Of a stretch of DNA of 64,000 bases, positions 1 through 12,899 are shown piece after piece. The stretch is taken from the NCBI RefSeq assembly GCF_006345805.1, contig NC_043002.1, positions 18,290,001-18,354,000 of the forward strand. The letters are read 5' to 3'. The notes below the pieces were generated by a model. It ran no database searches and was not told the DNA's origin. It saw nothing but the letters and a program-made list of their open reading frames with translations. The position numbers and the translations under genes were made by a program. Within the stretch, counting starts at the first letter, position 1, and the number at the start of each line of letters is the position of its first letter. The DNA is from Octopus sinensis (Eukaryota).

Positions 1-44
1 ACCGCGACTCCGCTGCCCAAACCACTGGGCCATTGCGCCTCCAC
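1..44 (-). mobile_element. tRNA-derived SINE family D, 5' head (continues beyond window start)
   Basis: Reverse complement reads gtggaggcgcaatggcccagtggtttgggcagcggagtcgcggt, matching the heads at 10129, 13004, 24584 and 38277 (A-box TGGCCCAGTGG). Confidence 0.85.
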
Positions 45-636
45 AACGTCCCCAGTATTGGAAGATAAACCAACCTCAATTTGTATATTACCGTCTCGTA
101 AAAGTAGTACATATTGCATATTGTTCCTAAAATAAGTAAAAGGAGATAATCTGAACTCGACCGACATTGATTATAAGTCTTAACGTTAAGATTTGACTGG
201 TCAATAAATATCATTAACGACAACAGGCATCAATAATCGAGTAAGCCTGCCAGGGGACTTGTAAGAGGTCATTCAGCTTGCTAGAAATAGTCTCCAAATA
301 TCCTTCACCTCAGACTCTTCAAAATAAGATCATATAATATTGCCCAAGATATACTTTGCCTAAGATAAGGATGGAATGGCCACGTCTTTAGTACTTTAGA
401 TTAAATGTTTACTTGATCAGGGTATAATCTGGGTCAGACAACAACATCGGCAAAAAGAAATAGAAAATAGTGTCTCAGAATATTTATTAATCTAAATAAT
501 AATCGTCGACAACGTGTCTCTAATATTAGAGTATATTCCTGCTTTTCAGAGCAAACTATTAACAGGGGTACAAATAAGACAGAGTACATATTTGAAGACA
601 ATCAGCAAGCATGATTTGCATCACGGATTGGTAATA

Positions 637-1536
637 CGTGGTCTGATCAATAAGTATCTGGACTGTTGCTATAATCACGAAGCTGAGGCACAGAGAGTGA
701 AGCCGCTAGGCACAGATTGACCTTGAACTATACTGTGCATGCGCACTAAATTTTAACGTTGTAGCTCCCTTCTGCTGTTTACAGCAGTGCTTGGAAGAAA
801 CGTGTGTGGCGTGTGATCGTCGCATTGACCATGACAGGGAAAGTTGTGCAGAGAATCTGCATCAAATTTTGCCAAAAGCTTGGTGATATCTGATCAGAGA
901 CTTATGCAATGTTTTCAAACAGTTTTCATCGTTCTCGACACAATTAATCTCGACACAATCTTGTGCACATGAAACCCGAATATCTTTCTGGTCAGCTAAA
1001 AGGAGTTTTGGCACAAGCTTCGCAGACACGCGTCTCAAGCACAAACTGTCAGTGATAATAGACTGAACTGAACCGTAACTAAACTGCACATGTTCTGATA
1101 ACTTACATATGGTGATTCGACGATTTCCCCTCACCGCTGGAATCACATCTGCGATGTTTTCTTAGTTCTGCTGGTTGCGGGTCTCTCAGAACGTTCGTCA
1201 ATATCGACATTTTTTCGGCCATTCTGGAAACGTCTGAATCACTTGTACACTTGTGTGTGACTCTTACACTCTTCTCCATACACTTTCTACAACTTTTTGT
1301 AGGCTTCTTAACAAGTGTCGCCATGACAACTTGCACTGTCATTGTCAATGCGACGATCGCACGCTACACACGTTCCTTCCAAGCACTCCTGTAAACAGCG
1401 TAAGTGAACCAGTACGTTAAAACTTAATGCGCATACACAGTAGAGATGAAGGTCAATCTGCGTCAAGCGGCATCACTCTACGTGTTTTAAGTCCATTACT
1501 ATGGCAACAGTCTGGATACTTAATGAACAGACCTCG
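637..1536 (-). mobile_element. Decayed mariner element with long inverted ends and a transposase HTH remnant
   Basis: TA|cgtggtctgatcaataagtatc at the left; cagtctggatacttaatgaacagacctcg at the right. Minus-strand peptides VYGEECKSHTQVYK*FRRFQNGRKNVDIDERS and RRITICKLSEHVQFSYGSVQSIITDSLCLRRVSAKLVPKLL match the mariner DNA-binding region and WVP linker. Confidence 0.9.
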
Positions 1537-1931
1537 AATATCCAAAACATGCCGGTAAAGAAAATAAAACAAACGCAAGAACAATGGAATTTAATCTGAA
1601 ATGAAATTATCGAACAAGTTCAGTATTTCGGTCTGATCCCTTTCCTCAAGAGATGGACTAACTGAAAGCTGTGCTACAACAGATTCGAATAATGGATCTT
1701 TGTCAAGAAACATAATATGAAGAACCATATCAGATAATGGCCAAGAGACGTAAAAGAGCGGCCAGAGTTTTCTCAGCAGAAGAAATTACATTTACAGAAG
1801 ATAATAAGCATAAGCTCGCGCGCAGGTGTGCATATTTTTATGTACATATTTCCGAGTGTATGTAAACAAGTTTATACCACTTGTCATATTTGAGGAGAGC
1901 GGGGGTCTGTTATTACGGGTGTGTGCGTGCA

Positions 1932-1937
<6 letters not shown>

Positions 1938-1998
<61 letters not shown>

Positions 1999-2028
1999 GT
2001 GTGTATGTGTGTGTATGTGTGTGTGTCT
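1938..2028. repeat. (GT)n microsatellite
   Basis: Direct inspection. Confidence 0.97.
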
Positions 2029-2544
2029 GTGTAAATCACATAGGAGCGTATCAGTTTCCACATAAAAGAGAGAAGTGAAAAGGTCGTATCTCTGAAATTT
2101 TAGTCATGTCGTAATAATACAAATTCAAACCTGTTTAACCTGGATACACGAAAAGCTTCTTCTTTGCTCCATCATCATCATCATTTATCTGCGAGGGTCT
2201 AGTAGAAATGTCAGCGAAAATGTCATGGCAGTTGAAATAGATATAGTTACACATAAACAGTTACGTTTCAAATGAAAAATAGTGGAATAGATACTAATAA
2301 GGGAAAATCTTAGAAGCACTAAATGGGATGTAATACGAGATGCTTTGCGACATTTCTTTTGATTCTCTACGGTCTAAGTTCATATTCAACCACGGTCAAC
2401 ATTGCGGTTCATCTCTTCGGGATCGTTAAAGTAAAGTACCAATGAAGTACTGTTTCAATTTGCTAGTCTTGAATCCTGCAAGGTATTTTACACATCACCG
2501 TGGCGAAAAACCCTGTTTCTATAGTAACCAAAGATGCTGCGCAT

Positions 2545-3110
2545 CCGTGCAAGGAGTGTAATCAACAAATTGAGAGTACCTGGGCATCTTTAAAGCATGG
2601 AAACAAACGCCTGTTGACTCTTATCTTTGTGAATTTATATGGAGAAGGAGATGTGAGAAAGATATTTTTTTCTTATAAAATCTTTAAGTGTTATACAAAC
2701 TTTCGTTCTTGAATTTTTTAAAGTAATAAATGTGTCTGTTTTAAGCAAGGTTTTGACTGTTATTTCTAGCAACTTCTGTTGGTTTGCTTCTAGCTTTTAA
2801 ATATTTAATTTGTTCGCGAATCTGAATGTTTTTCACTGTTTACTGTAGCTAGTTTAATGTTTTGACTTGCCGGTACCCCCTCCCTCCTTTCTCGCTATTG
2901 TGACAGGTGATAGAAGAGGCAGCGAACGCACTGTTTTCTGATTGGCTGAAAATTCCGAAAAATTATCAAACTTTGAATACCTTTAACATTTTTGCTAACT
3001 TCTTGAATAAATGAATAACAAATTCGGATTCAGCCTCAATAATTACATCTATATGGTACATATCTTTTTAAAAGATAATTGTAAACAGTGACGGAAACCA
3101 CAAAGAACCG
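2545..3110 (+). mobile_element. Merlin/ISXO2-like DNA transposon, 3' remnant
   Basis: Frameshifted peptides NQQIESTWASLKHGNKR and VDSYLCEFIWRRRCEKDIF resemble the Merlin/IS1595 transposase C-terminus (IES.W...KR ... LDSYL.EF.WR). Right boundary uncertain. Confidence 0.65.
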
Positions 3111-3114
3111 ACAA

Positions 3115-3192
3115 GTGTCTTCTATTATAGCCTCGGACGAACCAAAGCCTTGTGAGTGGATTTAGTAGACGGAAATTGAAAGAAGCCCGTCA
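3115..3192 (+). mobile_element. SINE family A, internal fragment
   Basis: aagtgtcttctattatagcctcggacgaaccaaagccttgtgagtggatttagtagacggaaattgaaagaagcc matches the full copy at 23710. Confidence 0.85.
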
Positions 3193-3480
3193 CATATATA
3201 TATATATATGTGTGTGTGTATATAATATGCACACACACAAAGACATCTATATATGTACATGTTCATATTTGTGCACACATATACACACCACACATCTTTC
3301 CTCTTCCTTCTCCTCTGCTTGGCAAACCCCAGAAAATTCTTTATAGAAGCCAAGAAATCTAAATTTGAACCATTTTTTGCTGAATCCAATAACGGTAGAA
3401 AACGCTGAAAATTTAAATAAGATATAAATAAATTTTTAAAATGTATATATAATCATCCGACATTCTGACTACCTTATCAT

Positions 3481-3628
3481 TTACATTATTTACATTTGAC
3501 GGATATTTGTCGTCATCTTGTTTGTTGTTAACACAAACTTTCGGCTGATATACCCTCCAGCCTTCATGTCTTATGGAAATTTCGAACCTGAGTTCTTACT
3601 CCTACGGTAATTTTCTATGATGTTGTTG

Positions 3629-3679
<51 letters not shown>

Positions 3680-3771
3680 TATTATTCAGGTCACTGCCCG
3701 GAATCAAACTCGGAAACTTGTGGTTAGTATCCCGCGCTCTTAACCACTACGCCATATGCCCGTGGGCATAT
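3481..3771 (-). mobile_element. tRNA-headed SINE family C with internal (AAT)n and a decayed hammerhead-like tail
   Basis: Minus strand: gggcatatggcgtagtggttaagagcgcggg...gagtttgattccggg (A/B boxes), then (AAT)n, then tgaaggctggagggtatatcagccgaaagtttgtgtt. Homologous to 63633-63939. Confidence 0.8.
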
Positions 3772-3796
3772 AGAACTGTATTTTGTTATTCTAAGT

Positions 3797-4164
<368 letters not shown>

Positions 4165-4385
4165 GTGTGTGTGCGTCTGTGTGTGTGTCTTTGTGACTGT
4201 GTTTGTTCCTCCATCATTGCTTGACAATGTTGGTGTGTTTATGTCCTTGTAACGCTAGAAAGAGTACTAGGCGTACAAAGAATAAGTCCTGGGGTTGATT
4301 TCTTCGACTAAAAAAATACCTTTTAAGGTGCTGCTCCTGCATGGCCGCAGTGAAATGATTGAAACAAGTAAAAGACAAAAGATTA
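4165..4385 (+). mobile_element. SINE family A, 3' half
   Basis: cattgcttgacaa...tacaaagaataagtcctggggttgatt...gcatggccgcag...gaaacaagtaaaag. Confidence 0.85.
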
Positions 4386-5604
4386 AAAGAATAATTCAGG
4401 TAGAAAGTTCGTTATCACGGATTAAAATCTGAGGTTTGCGTCACCGTAGAAAATCAATCCTCTCAACTTACGAGGAAGTCTTCACAGTTGCAAACTTGAA
4501 TAATCTTTGTTTCGAACATCAGAGTTTTGTGATGGAGATTTTTATTTTATGACATAAAAGACAAACTAAGACTTAAAGAAAAAATAAAAGAAAAATAGTT
4601 TTCAAAATTTACTTCGACATTAAAGCGATTAAAATGTGTGTGTCGAACTAAATCAAAAAGACTTCTCTGTGCGTATGTATGTGTTCCTGTTGTCTAGAAG
4701 CTGTCTCCTAGATTTTTTTTCTCTCTTAAGCCTGAGTATTTTATTACTTAAAACGATTTTATTTGCTGTTTTTCTTTTGTTATTCAAGCAATAAGTTAAA
4801 GAATAGAAACTTAACTATTTTTAATCTATTTCACAAATAAACAGACATTTTAATGGTCACCAATTTCGAAACTAAGGTAATCTCACAGACTCACCTGTGG
4901 TGAAGATTTAGATATTTTCACACTCTGCCTATTTGCAGAATTGCTTCACAGTCTATTATCTGTTTAAATAAAACCTAATTTAATACATATAAAACAGTGC
5001 GGTCGTTTTAATAATAAATAGTTTACTGATCAATAACAAATTGTTGGCTTCTGATACAGCGAAGAATTTATTAACAAAGTAGTGAACGGTTCCAACGATT
5101 ACGAAATTATCCCCCATATCACTCACTCTCTCTCTCTTTTCTCCTCTCTTTCTACCCTCCTCCCTCCCCTCTCTCTTTTCTCCTCTCTTTCTACCCTCCC
5201 CCCTCCCCTCTCTCTTCTCTCTCTCTCTCTCTCTCCCTACCTCTATCCTTTTTTTCTCTACCAAGCATAGTCTGCCTATTCTCAGTGAAGAAACGAGAGA
5301 TACGCCAAATAAACCGCGTTTCTTGAAAGAATGAAAATAAATAAATAACATAAAAAAGCACGCTCACACACAAGAAAAAAAACACGAACTAATTAATGGT
5401 CCCTCTAAATTATCATACAACCTGAATGGAGAAACCAATTAAAAGATCAAAGGTCCTTATCCAGCAATAGGTTCATAACACCGATTTCTCGAATTTTGTG
5501 GCGTTTATATACCCCTACCCTCCCTTCCTGGACGAGACGCCAGTCTGTGTCAGGACTATTCAAAGAACAGTCAACAGAATTTTACGGAGCAGAAATACAC
5601 GCTC

Positions 5605-5758
5605 TCATTCTCTGCTATTGAGAAAAACGGTGACTATGTTGAGAAGTAGGGATATGATCCACAGACGACCAGCTTCCTTTTGAAGTATGATACATATTTC
5701 TGTGTTGGTAACTATACCTGTCCTAAACAAAATGGCATTACCGTTTGACTCACCCTCG
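5605..5758 (+). mobile_element. Mariner 3' end remnant with TIR
   Basis: Encodes AIEKNGDYVEK* (typical mariner C-terminus) and ends tttgactcaccctcg followed by TA. Confidence 0.85.
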
Positions 5759-5767
5759 TATATATAT

Positions 5768-5915
5768 AACATACAGGAGATAGCTCTACTAGGCACCGCA
5801 CACCTCCTACGTAAAGCACTTTCACTATAGTGAAAATCAGACCACCGCAACAAAACACAGCACATACCCAAGGACACAGAGCTGCACTTGGTAGTGCAGT
5901 GAAAACACGTGATAA
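5768..5915 (+). mobile_element. R4/Dong-clade (RLE) LINE, 3' end fragment
   Basis: Encodes NIQEIALLGTAHLLRKALSL*, the C-terminal motif of R4/Dong-like ORFs, followed by a short 3' UTR. Confidence 0.7.
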
Positions 5916-5924
5916 GAGTACGAC

Positions 5925-6200
5925 AACTAGCCCCCACTTTTAATACAGTTTCCAATGTAGTACCTCCGCTACCACATCGTGTCGCCACAACTTGTAAAGG
6001 TTTTATGGCATGTGTAGGAGATTTGTTCACGATATGAGCAATGGTTTCTTCCACTCTATTACAGGTGCGGCACAGTGGAAACACTTGCTCATTCGTTAGA
6101 CTGACCCTCCAATTTGTAGCCAAATCTTAGGCTTGCGCTGCCAGTATGGTGCTCTCAGACTCTTGTTCTTACTGCTCCATTCTTCAGCTAGTCTCACATA
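5925..6200 (-). mobile_element. R4/Dong-clade LINE, zinc-knuckle fragment (opposite strand)
   Basis: Peptide ESTILAAQA*DLATNWR...LCRTCNRVEETIAHIV...WRHDVVAEVLHWKL resembles the ETE..I.AAQDQ...C..C....ET..HI...RHD..LHW region upstream of the RLE endonuclease. Confidence 0.75.
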
Positions 6201-6257
6201 TGTTTTCCAGTTGTGACTATATGGAACTATAAGAAACTTGATGCGATTATATTATTT

Positions 6258-6289
<32 letters not shown>

Positions 6290-6369
6290 GCTGCTGCTGC
6301 TGCTGCTCTTGTTGTTACTATTATTAAAGCGCCGAACTGCCAGAATCTTTCTCATGCCAGGCAATATGC

Positions 6370-6540
6370 TTACCGGTATTTGGTCTGTCTTTACGTTCTG
6401 AGTTCAAATTCTAACGAGATCGACTTTGCTTTTCATCCAATAGGCTCGATAAAATAAGTACCAGCAGAGTACTGTAATCGCTATAAGCAACTCACCCACT
6501 TCTCCGGAATTGCTGGTTTTGATCCAACATTTGAAAACAT
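6370..6540 (+). mobile_element. SINE family B, decayed copy
   Basis: ttacgttctgagttcaaattc...gactttgcttttcatcc...gataaaataagtaccag central domain. Confidence 0.8.
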
Positions 6541-6660
6541 TATCATCATTATTATTATTATTGATTTGACTCAGGGTCGGTCATATTCCTGGCAGGATTT
6601 ATGTGGGTAACGGGTTATTAACCCTAGATATCCACTAGCTTTCAATAATCTTTCAAGTCT

Positions 6661-6661
6661 C

Positions 6662-6754
<93 letters not shown>

Positions 6755-7262
6755 TATTATTATTATTATTGGGTGTGAGAACAGTGCATGCCATCAAAGT
6801 GACACTGGGGTAGAAGATACGAAGCCCAGTATACCCATCATGACTACCCGTCTGATAAGGGTACACCAGGCACATGCATCACAACCATATGTGCGCGAGA
6901 TGGTGATCTCATATCAAGATAAACATCAAATGACCTTGCAGATGATGTCCAGTGAGAATTTTCTTCTGGTCGAGTAGCCCATCCCGCTCAAAATGTCCCT
7001 GAATAAGGATTGCTTAAGGATGTTCAACCAACGACCCATATTTCCAAATGTGAATTATCCAAACCTCCAAGAATTCCTTTCAACACACGACTATTAGGCT
7101 CCTCCACTACTTCTGCTCATGATCAGAGATGCACATATCGTCAGTCACTAAGGGCCTTGGTCAACTGGTTAAGGTCATACAACTGACAAGCTAATCAGTG
7201 GTATTGAGCAGAATATTTGCTGTACCAAGATAAAACAATGTACATCATTATTATTATTATTA

Positions 7263-7317
<55 letters not shown>
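6661..7317. repeat. (ATT)n arrays enclosing a ~470-bp unclassified interspersed repeat (6771-7240)
   Basis: Complex sequence between two long (ATT)n tracts. Its end (gagaacagtgcat) recurs as gagagagcagtgcat inside the (ATT)n tract at about 63830. Confidence 0.65.
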
Positions 7318-7889
7318 GCTACTATTACATAGACACTCCACAGTCGCAACATCACATTTGTAGAAGTAGTTTCAGTAATTTATTGCGTTTGATGTTTACT
7401 TTTTATTGAGAAGGCCCAGTCAGTTCTGACTAAACTAGACAATAAAATATCTCCCATAGAAACAATGAAAGTTCTAGAAATTAATGAAGCTTATAATTTA
7501 AAGCGACGGAATTGGCAAGAATTAAGATGGCTTGAAGAATTTGAAGAATATATGTAAATCAGTCAAACAACTGAAATACATTCTGCGACTTGAAATGTTG
7601 CAATACGTAAGACCACGAATTAGGCGATCAACGGGGGGAAATGAATCACAAGTAACTTTTGAATTGCGATCGGGAGATAGCACTTAACTAATCTCAGTAA
7701 TAATGGCGTCTTTTATCCGTTAGATTGTTTCACAGTCCAATTTCCCCAATGTCATAACCTATTCTAAGAGAAATCGTTGAAGTTATAATACTAATCAACC
7801 AATCGACAGGTGTTCATTTGCATAAATTAGAGAACGGCGCGTGAATTTTTATCTGAAACTATGTTTGCAGTGATCCAAACACCTGTGCA

Positions 7890-8245
<356 letters not shown>

Positions 8246-8599
8246 TGCCGGAATAAAGCATTTTGGTAGTGTACAGAATAGCCTAATGTTAATGATATTG
8301 AGGTTAGTCAGAAGAAGAAATGAAGCAAATGTTCTCTAGTTTCTCGATATACAGGTTACAGGAAGTTTTCAAATTCGCTAAGGAAATGAAACGATGGAAA
8401 GCAAATTAAAGTAAAATAACTAGAACACTTATTTTCTAACATTTAAGAACTTTTCGTTGAGCGCTTGAGAATACTCGTGTTTCTCTTGTTTGTGCCTCTA
8501 CTATATATATATATGTGTGTGTATATGCATATGTGTGCGTGCGTGTGTTTGTACGCTGGTTTATGTCGCAGCAATAGGGTAGGAGTACTCGATACATAG

Positions 8600-8812
8600 A
8601 TGTGTATCTGCGCGTGTGTGGGTGTCTTTGTGACTGTGTTTGTCCCCCATCATTGCTTGACAACCGATGCTGGTGTGTTTATGTCCTTGGAACGCTAACG
8701 GTTCGGAAAAAGATACCCATAGAATAAGTACTAGGCTTACAAAGAATAAGTCATGGGGTTGATTTCTTCGACTAAAAAATACCCTTTAAGGTAGTGCTCC
8801 TGCATGGCCGCA
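8600..8812 (+). mobile_element. SINE family A, 3' half
   Basis: cattgcttgacaaccgatgctggtgtgttt...gaataagtactaggcttacaaagaataag...gcatggccgc. Confidence 0.85.
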
Positions 8813-9379
8813 AAGAGGATATTTTATTGAAACTAACACCTAGAGGTTTGCCTCGAGTTTCATGCCACGGCGATCTGGAGGCAATAGCTGTTACAGCTCG
8901 TTAGAAATGTATAGAGTAACCCATGAGATTAAGGTAAAATTGATTGTATTATAGTGTTCGTTTCATCTTATTTGCTTACAGAATGAGATTTAAGAGTAAG
9001 TCGATATGATTGTTACCTAAAGACTCGGCACTTCGTTTCCCGTTGGAAGTGCTGCGAGGTGTCATTGGTGGAGACATCTGAATTTGAACGAACATGCCCT
9101 CATAAAATGCAATTCATCACTTCTCTAGACATCTATAAATGACAACAAAATAATCATCGAGCCATACACTACCGTCTAAAGAAAGAGATATTAGAAATAT
9201 CGAATACATTATAGTCATAGACACCTCTAAAAAGATGGAATAGTCATGGCTGGAACGCATTTTAACAGAAATGGCATCCAGGAATCTTTAATAGAAATGG
9301 AATCTTTAATAGAAATGGAATCCAGGTAGATGTATTTCTTTGATAAACATCGTGAGAACAATGTTTTCAAGTGCTGATC

Positions 9380-9409
<30 letters not shown>

Positions 9410-9412
<3 letters not shown>

Positions 9413-9610
9413 TTGTGTTTGTCCTCCCAACATCGCTTGACAACCGCTGCTGGTGTGTTTACGTCCTCATAACCTAGCGGTTTGGAAAAAGTGACCGATA
9501 GAATAAGTACTAGGCTTACAAAGAGTAAGTCCTGGGTTCGATTTACTCGACCAAAGGCGGTGCTCCAGCATGGCTGCAGTCAAATGACTGAAACAAGTAA
9601 AAGAGTAAGA
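9410..9610 (+). mobile_element. SINE family A, 3' half
   Basis: Same 3' module, ending gtcaaatgactgaaacaagtaaaagagtaagag. Confidence 0.88.
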
Positions 9611-9823
9611 GTATTCTATATAAAACTTCAAGAACGAACTCATGTCTACCAATACAACTATGGTAGCGAATAAAGAAATAAGCGATAAAACATTAACCAC
9701 ATCCAGATACTATTACTGTCGGTTAACCTGTACTAGTACCATACCAATGGTGTAATAACATGTGATAGGTTTCTCCGTCATACCCTGTATCCACTTCAAG
9801 AGACGTTGTGCAGATATGATATA

Positions 9824-10129
9824 AAAAACGGATAAACGTTGCCCTTTTCAAGCCTAGCTAGGCTCATAGGCCCGGTTTCTGTAGCGTATCTATTCCACAC
9901 AGCTGGACGAGACGCTAGTCCATCGCAGCGTTACTCAAGAAACAGGAAGAGAGAGTGAAAGTTGTGGCAAAAGAGTACAACAGGTGTCGCCACCATCACT
10001 GCCGGAGTCTCGTGGAGCATTTAGGTGTTTTCACTCAATAAACACACACAACGCCCGGTCTGGGAATCGAAACCGCGATCCTCCGACCGCGAGTCCGCTG
10101 CCCAAACCCCTGGGCCATTGCGCCTCCAC
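9824..10129 (-). mobile_element. SINE family D, full length (tail type C) with 14-bp TSD
   Basis: tRNA-like head with A/B boxes; flanked by direct repeat gcagatatgatata at 9810-9823 and 10130-10143. Confidence 0.92.
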
Positions 10130-10537
10130 GCAGATATGATATAGAAGCTCAAATTCACCATTCTTGACAAACGTTTCAATAGAGAACGTATGTTTAATGA
10201 CGCAAAATCATGTTGATGACTAAAACATAAGCAATAGAACATTAACCACATGCAAATACCATTAACACTTGCCTATCATTACAAACACCACACCAATCAC
10301 CAGTAGACAAAATAAGGGTACAGCAAATCTCTTAAAGAACCCACTGAGTTATAAGAAACTCGTTGCTTCTGCATTTATTTCAGTACATCTCACTACGATC
10401 CAATATTGTTTTACTGCTACACAAGAGGTTTTTAATAAGATTGACAGATGTATAGAATACAAAATTTTTCCATTAAACCTTTAACTCCTGGCTTCAATAA
10501 ATGACCTCGATAAATACGAAATATTGATAACTTAATG

Positions 10538-10598
<61 letters not shown>

Positions 10599-11100
10599 TG
10601 ATGATGATGATGATGATGATACGTGACGTATATCCCTAAATCTAATCCACTAATTTCATACTACTCAATTAATTAACAAGAAAAAGCTGATAAAGAATCA
10701 TAACGTAAAATAGATTTATGCAAATTGAATCGATAAAGATAACTGATAGATTATTTGAAATTATCATCATAATAATAATAATAATAATATAATAATAATA
10801 ATAATTCTCATTATCATTACTTTCGATATTTTGTTCTCATTTACCGTTTAAATTTATATATTTTTTCCATCTTGCTTTCCAAGTTTTTGTTTTAGTCATT
10901 TTCTTTGTTTTTTTTTTGTAGTATTTTATTTTTGAAATATTAATTTCTCATACCATTACACGGACTCTTGAATGCATTTTGAAGAGTGAAGTGTGAGAAT
11001 ACGATGTATTTGATTACAAGCTAAACTGTAGCAATTTACGTGAATGGTACTTGTCATGGAGCAATAAGATAAAGGGAGAAAAAGCAGAGAAAATGAAAGC

Positions 11101-11132
<32 letters not shown>

Positions 11133-11828
11133 AGGGGAAAAAGAAAGAAATGAAAGCAGTAGAGGAAATGAAAGGAGATGGTTTGATTGAGGGCGAAGAA
11201 AGAACTTTAGGAGATGAAGCAAATTGAAAGAGTTGACGTTGATGTCAAAATACATATTTTTAAAAAATAAATAAAAATAAATGTAAGAGAAAAACAGAAG
11301 TAAAAACAATAAAAATAAGCTTAGTTATTGATAGGTGGCGATGGCGATTGAGAATTTTTGCAGATTGAGAAAATATAAAGAGGAATATGACATCTCTTTA
11401 AAAATACCACCTATTCAATTTCGAGAATTTAAAGTTCACTGTAGGAGAAAGAAGAGGAAATGTTAGTGTTCCAAGCATGGAATTTGGGGTTTTACATAGT
11501 GTTTTTTTTTTTTAATGTTGTTGTTATTTGCTGATTTGAGGGTTTTCTTGTAGTTGTTGTTAAGTTCTTGGCTGTTGTTGTTGTTGTTACTACATTCGGT
11601 TTGGTGTGCAATTTTCGTGCTTGTGCAATTAAATAGGAATAAACACTGTCGAGAAAGAAAGAAGAGAAAAAATTTTAATGATAATAAATTCTCTTACACA
11701 CTCTGACTGTATTTCTCTTTCTCTCTCTGTCACACACACACACGCATGCATAATAACTCACGCAGACAAATTATCAAACATATACACAAATACACGCCCA
11801 CACATTTACACACGTATGATAATATGCA

Positions 11829-11832
11829 TATA

Positions 11833-11874
<42 letters not shown>

Positions 11875-11875
11875 A

Positions 11876-11913
<38 letters not shown>

Positions 11914-11940
11914 CATACATATATATATATATGTGTGTAT

Positions 11941-12003
<63 letters not shown>

Positions 12004-12041
12004 CATATACTTATGTATATGCTATATATATATATATGTAT

Positions 12042-12072
<31 letters not shown>

Positions 12073-12105
12073 ATGTATGTATGTATGTATGTATGTGTAT
12101 ATATA
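11829..12105. repeat. (TA)n/(TATG)n microsatellite
   Basis: Direct inspection. Confidence 0.96.
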
Positions 12106-12187
12106 TGTATAAGAACAAATAAAGGAAATAAACAGATTAAGAGTTTATTAATAGGATAAAGATATTAGGGAGTTTTTTTCAAATTTC

Positions 12188-12220
<33 letters not shown>

Positions 12221-12286
12221 TGTGGATGACGATGATGGCGACAACGATGACGACGACGACGACGGCGGCGATTATGATGATGATGC

Positions 12287-12326
<40 letters not shown>

Positions 12327-12365
12327 AATGATGGTGATGATGATAATGATGGTGATGATGATGTT
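12188..12365. repeat. Compound trinucleotide tract (AAT)n-(GAC)n-(GAT)n
   Basis: Direct inspection. Confidence 0.95.
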
Positions 12366-12769
12366 TAAAAATCTAATTTATAAAACTAAAATTTTCAAAC
12401 GCTAAGTAATACAGTTTTGAGAAGGTTTTTTTTTTTTATATTGGAATCGTTTTTCGATTCTGTTTTTTTCTTCTTTTTTTAATAAATCTTACAAGAAAAA
12501 GACAAGAACAGAAAATTGTGTGTCGTGTTATGAGGACATGAGTTCTCCATAAAAGGACTAAATCACTTTATGACTATAAGAATCACGAAATTCATTAACA
12601 CAATCCCCTTCAAAAACGAAAAGAAAAAAAAAATTGGAAAATAACTATAAACATAACCAAAAACATTGGCAACAGCCAGTTCAAATGCAGCAAAAACAAC
12701 AACGACGACAACAACAGCAGGAACAAGAAGGAAATAAACGGGGTGAGAAGCAGTAGTCATCTAATCACA

Positions 12770-12858
12770 ATAACAGTAATAACGTCAATAACGACAGATA
12801 CAACAGTAGTAACAGCTATCTAGTAACGGTAGCAGTAACAACAGAAGTAGTAGCAATA

Positions 12859-12899
<41 letters not shown>

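Noticed and set aside
3686-3760. tRNA-gene-like sequences at SINE heads (also 10060-10129, 24584-24655, 63865-63939)
   Set aside because: They have A/B boxes but no complete cloverleaf acceptor stem and continue into SINE bodies, so they are not called as tRNA genes.
4894-4958. Minus-strand segment with strong splice sites (tttaaacag / CAG|GTGAGT)
   Set aside because: Stops in all three frames; at most a non-coding or UTR exon, unsupported.
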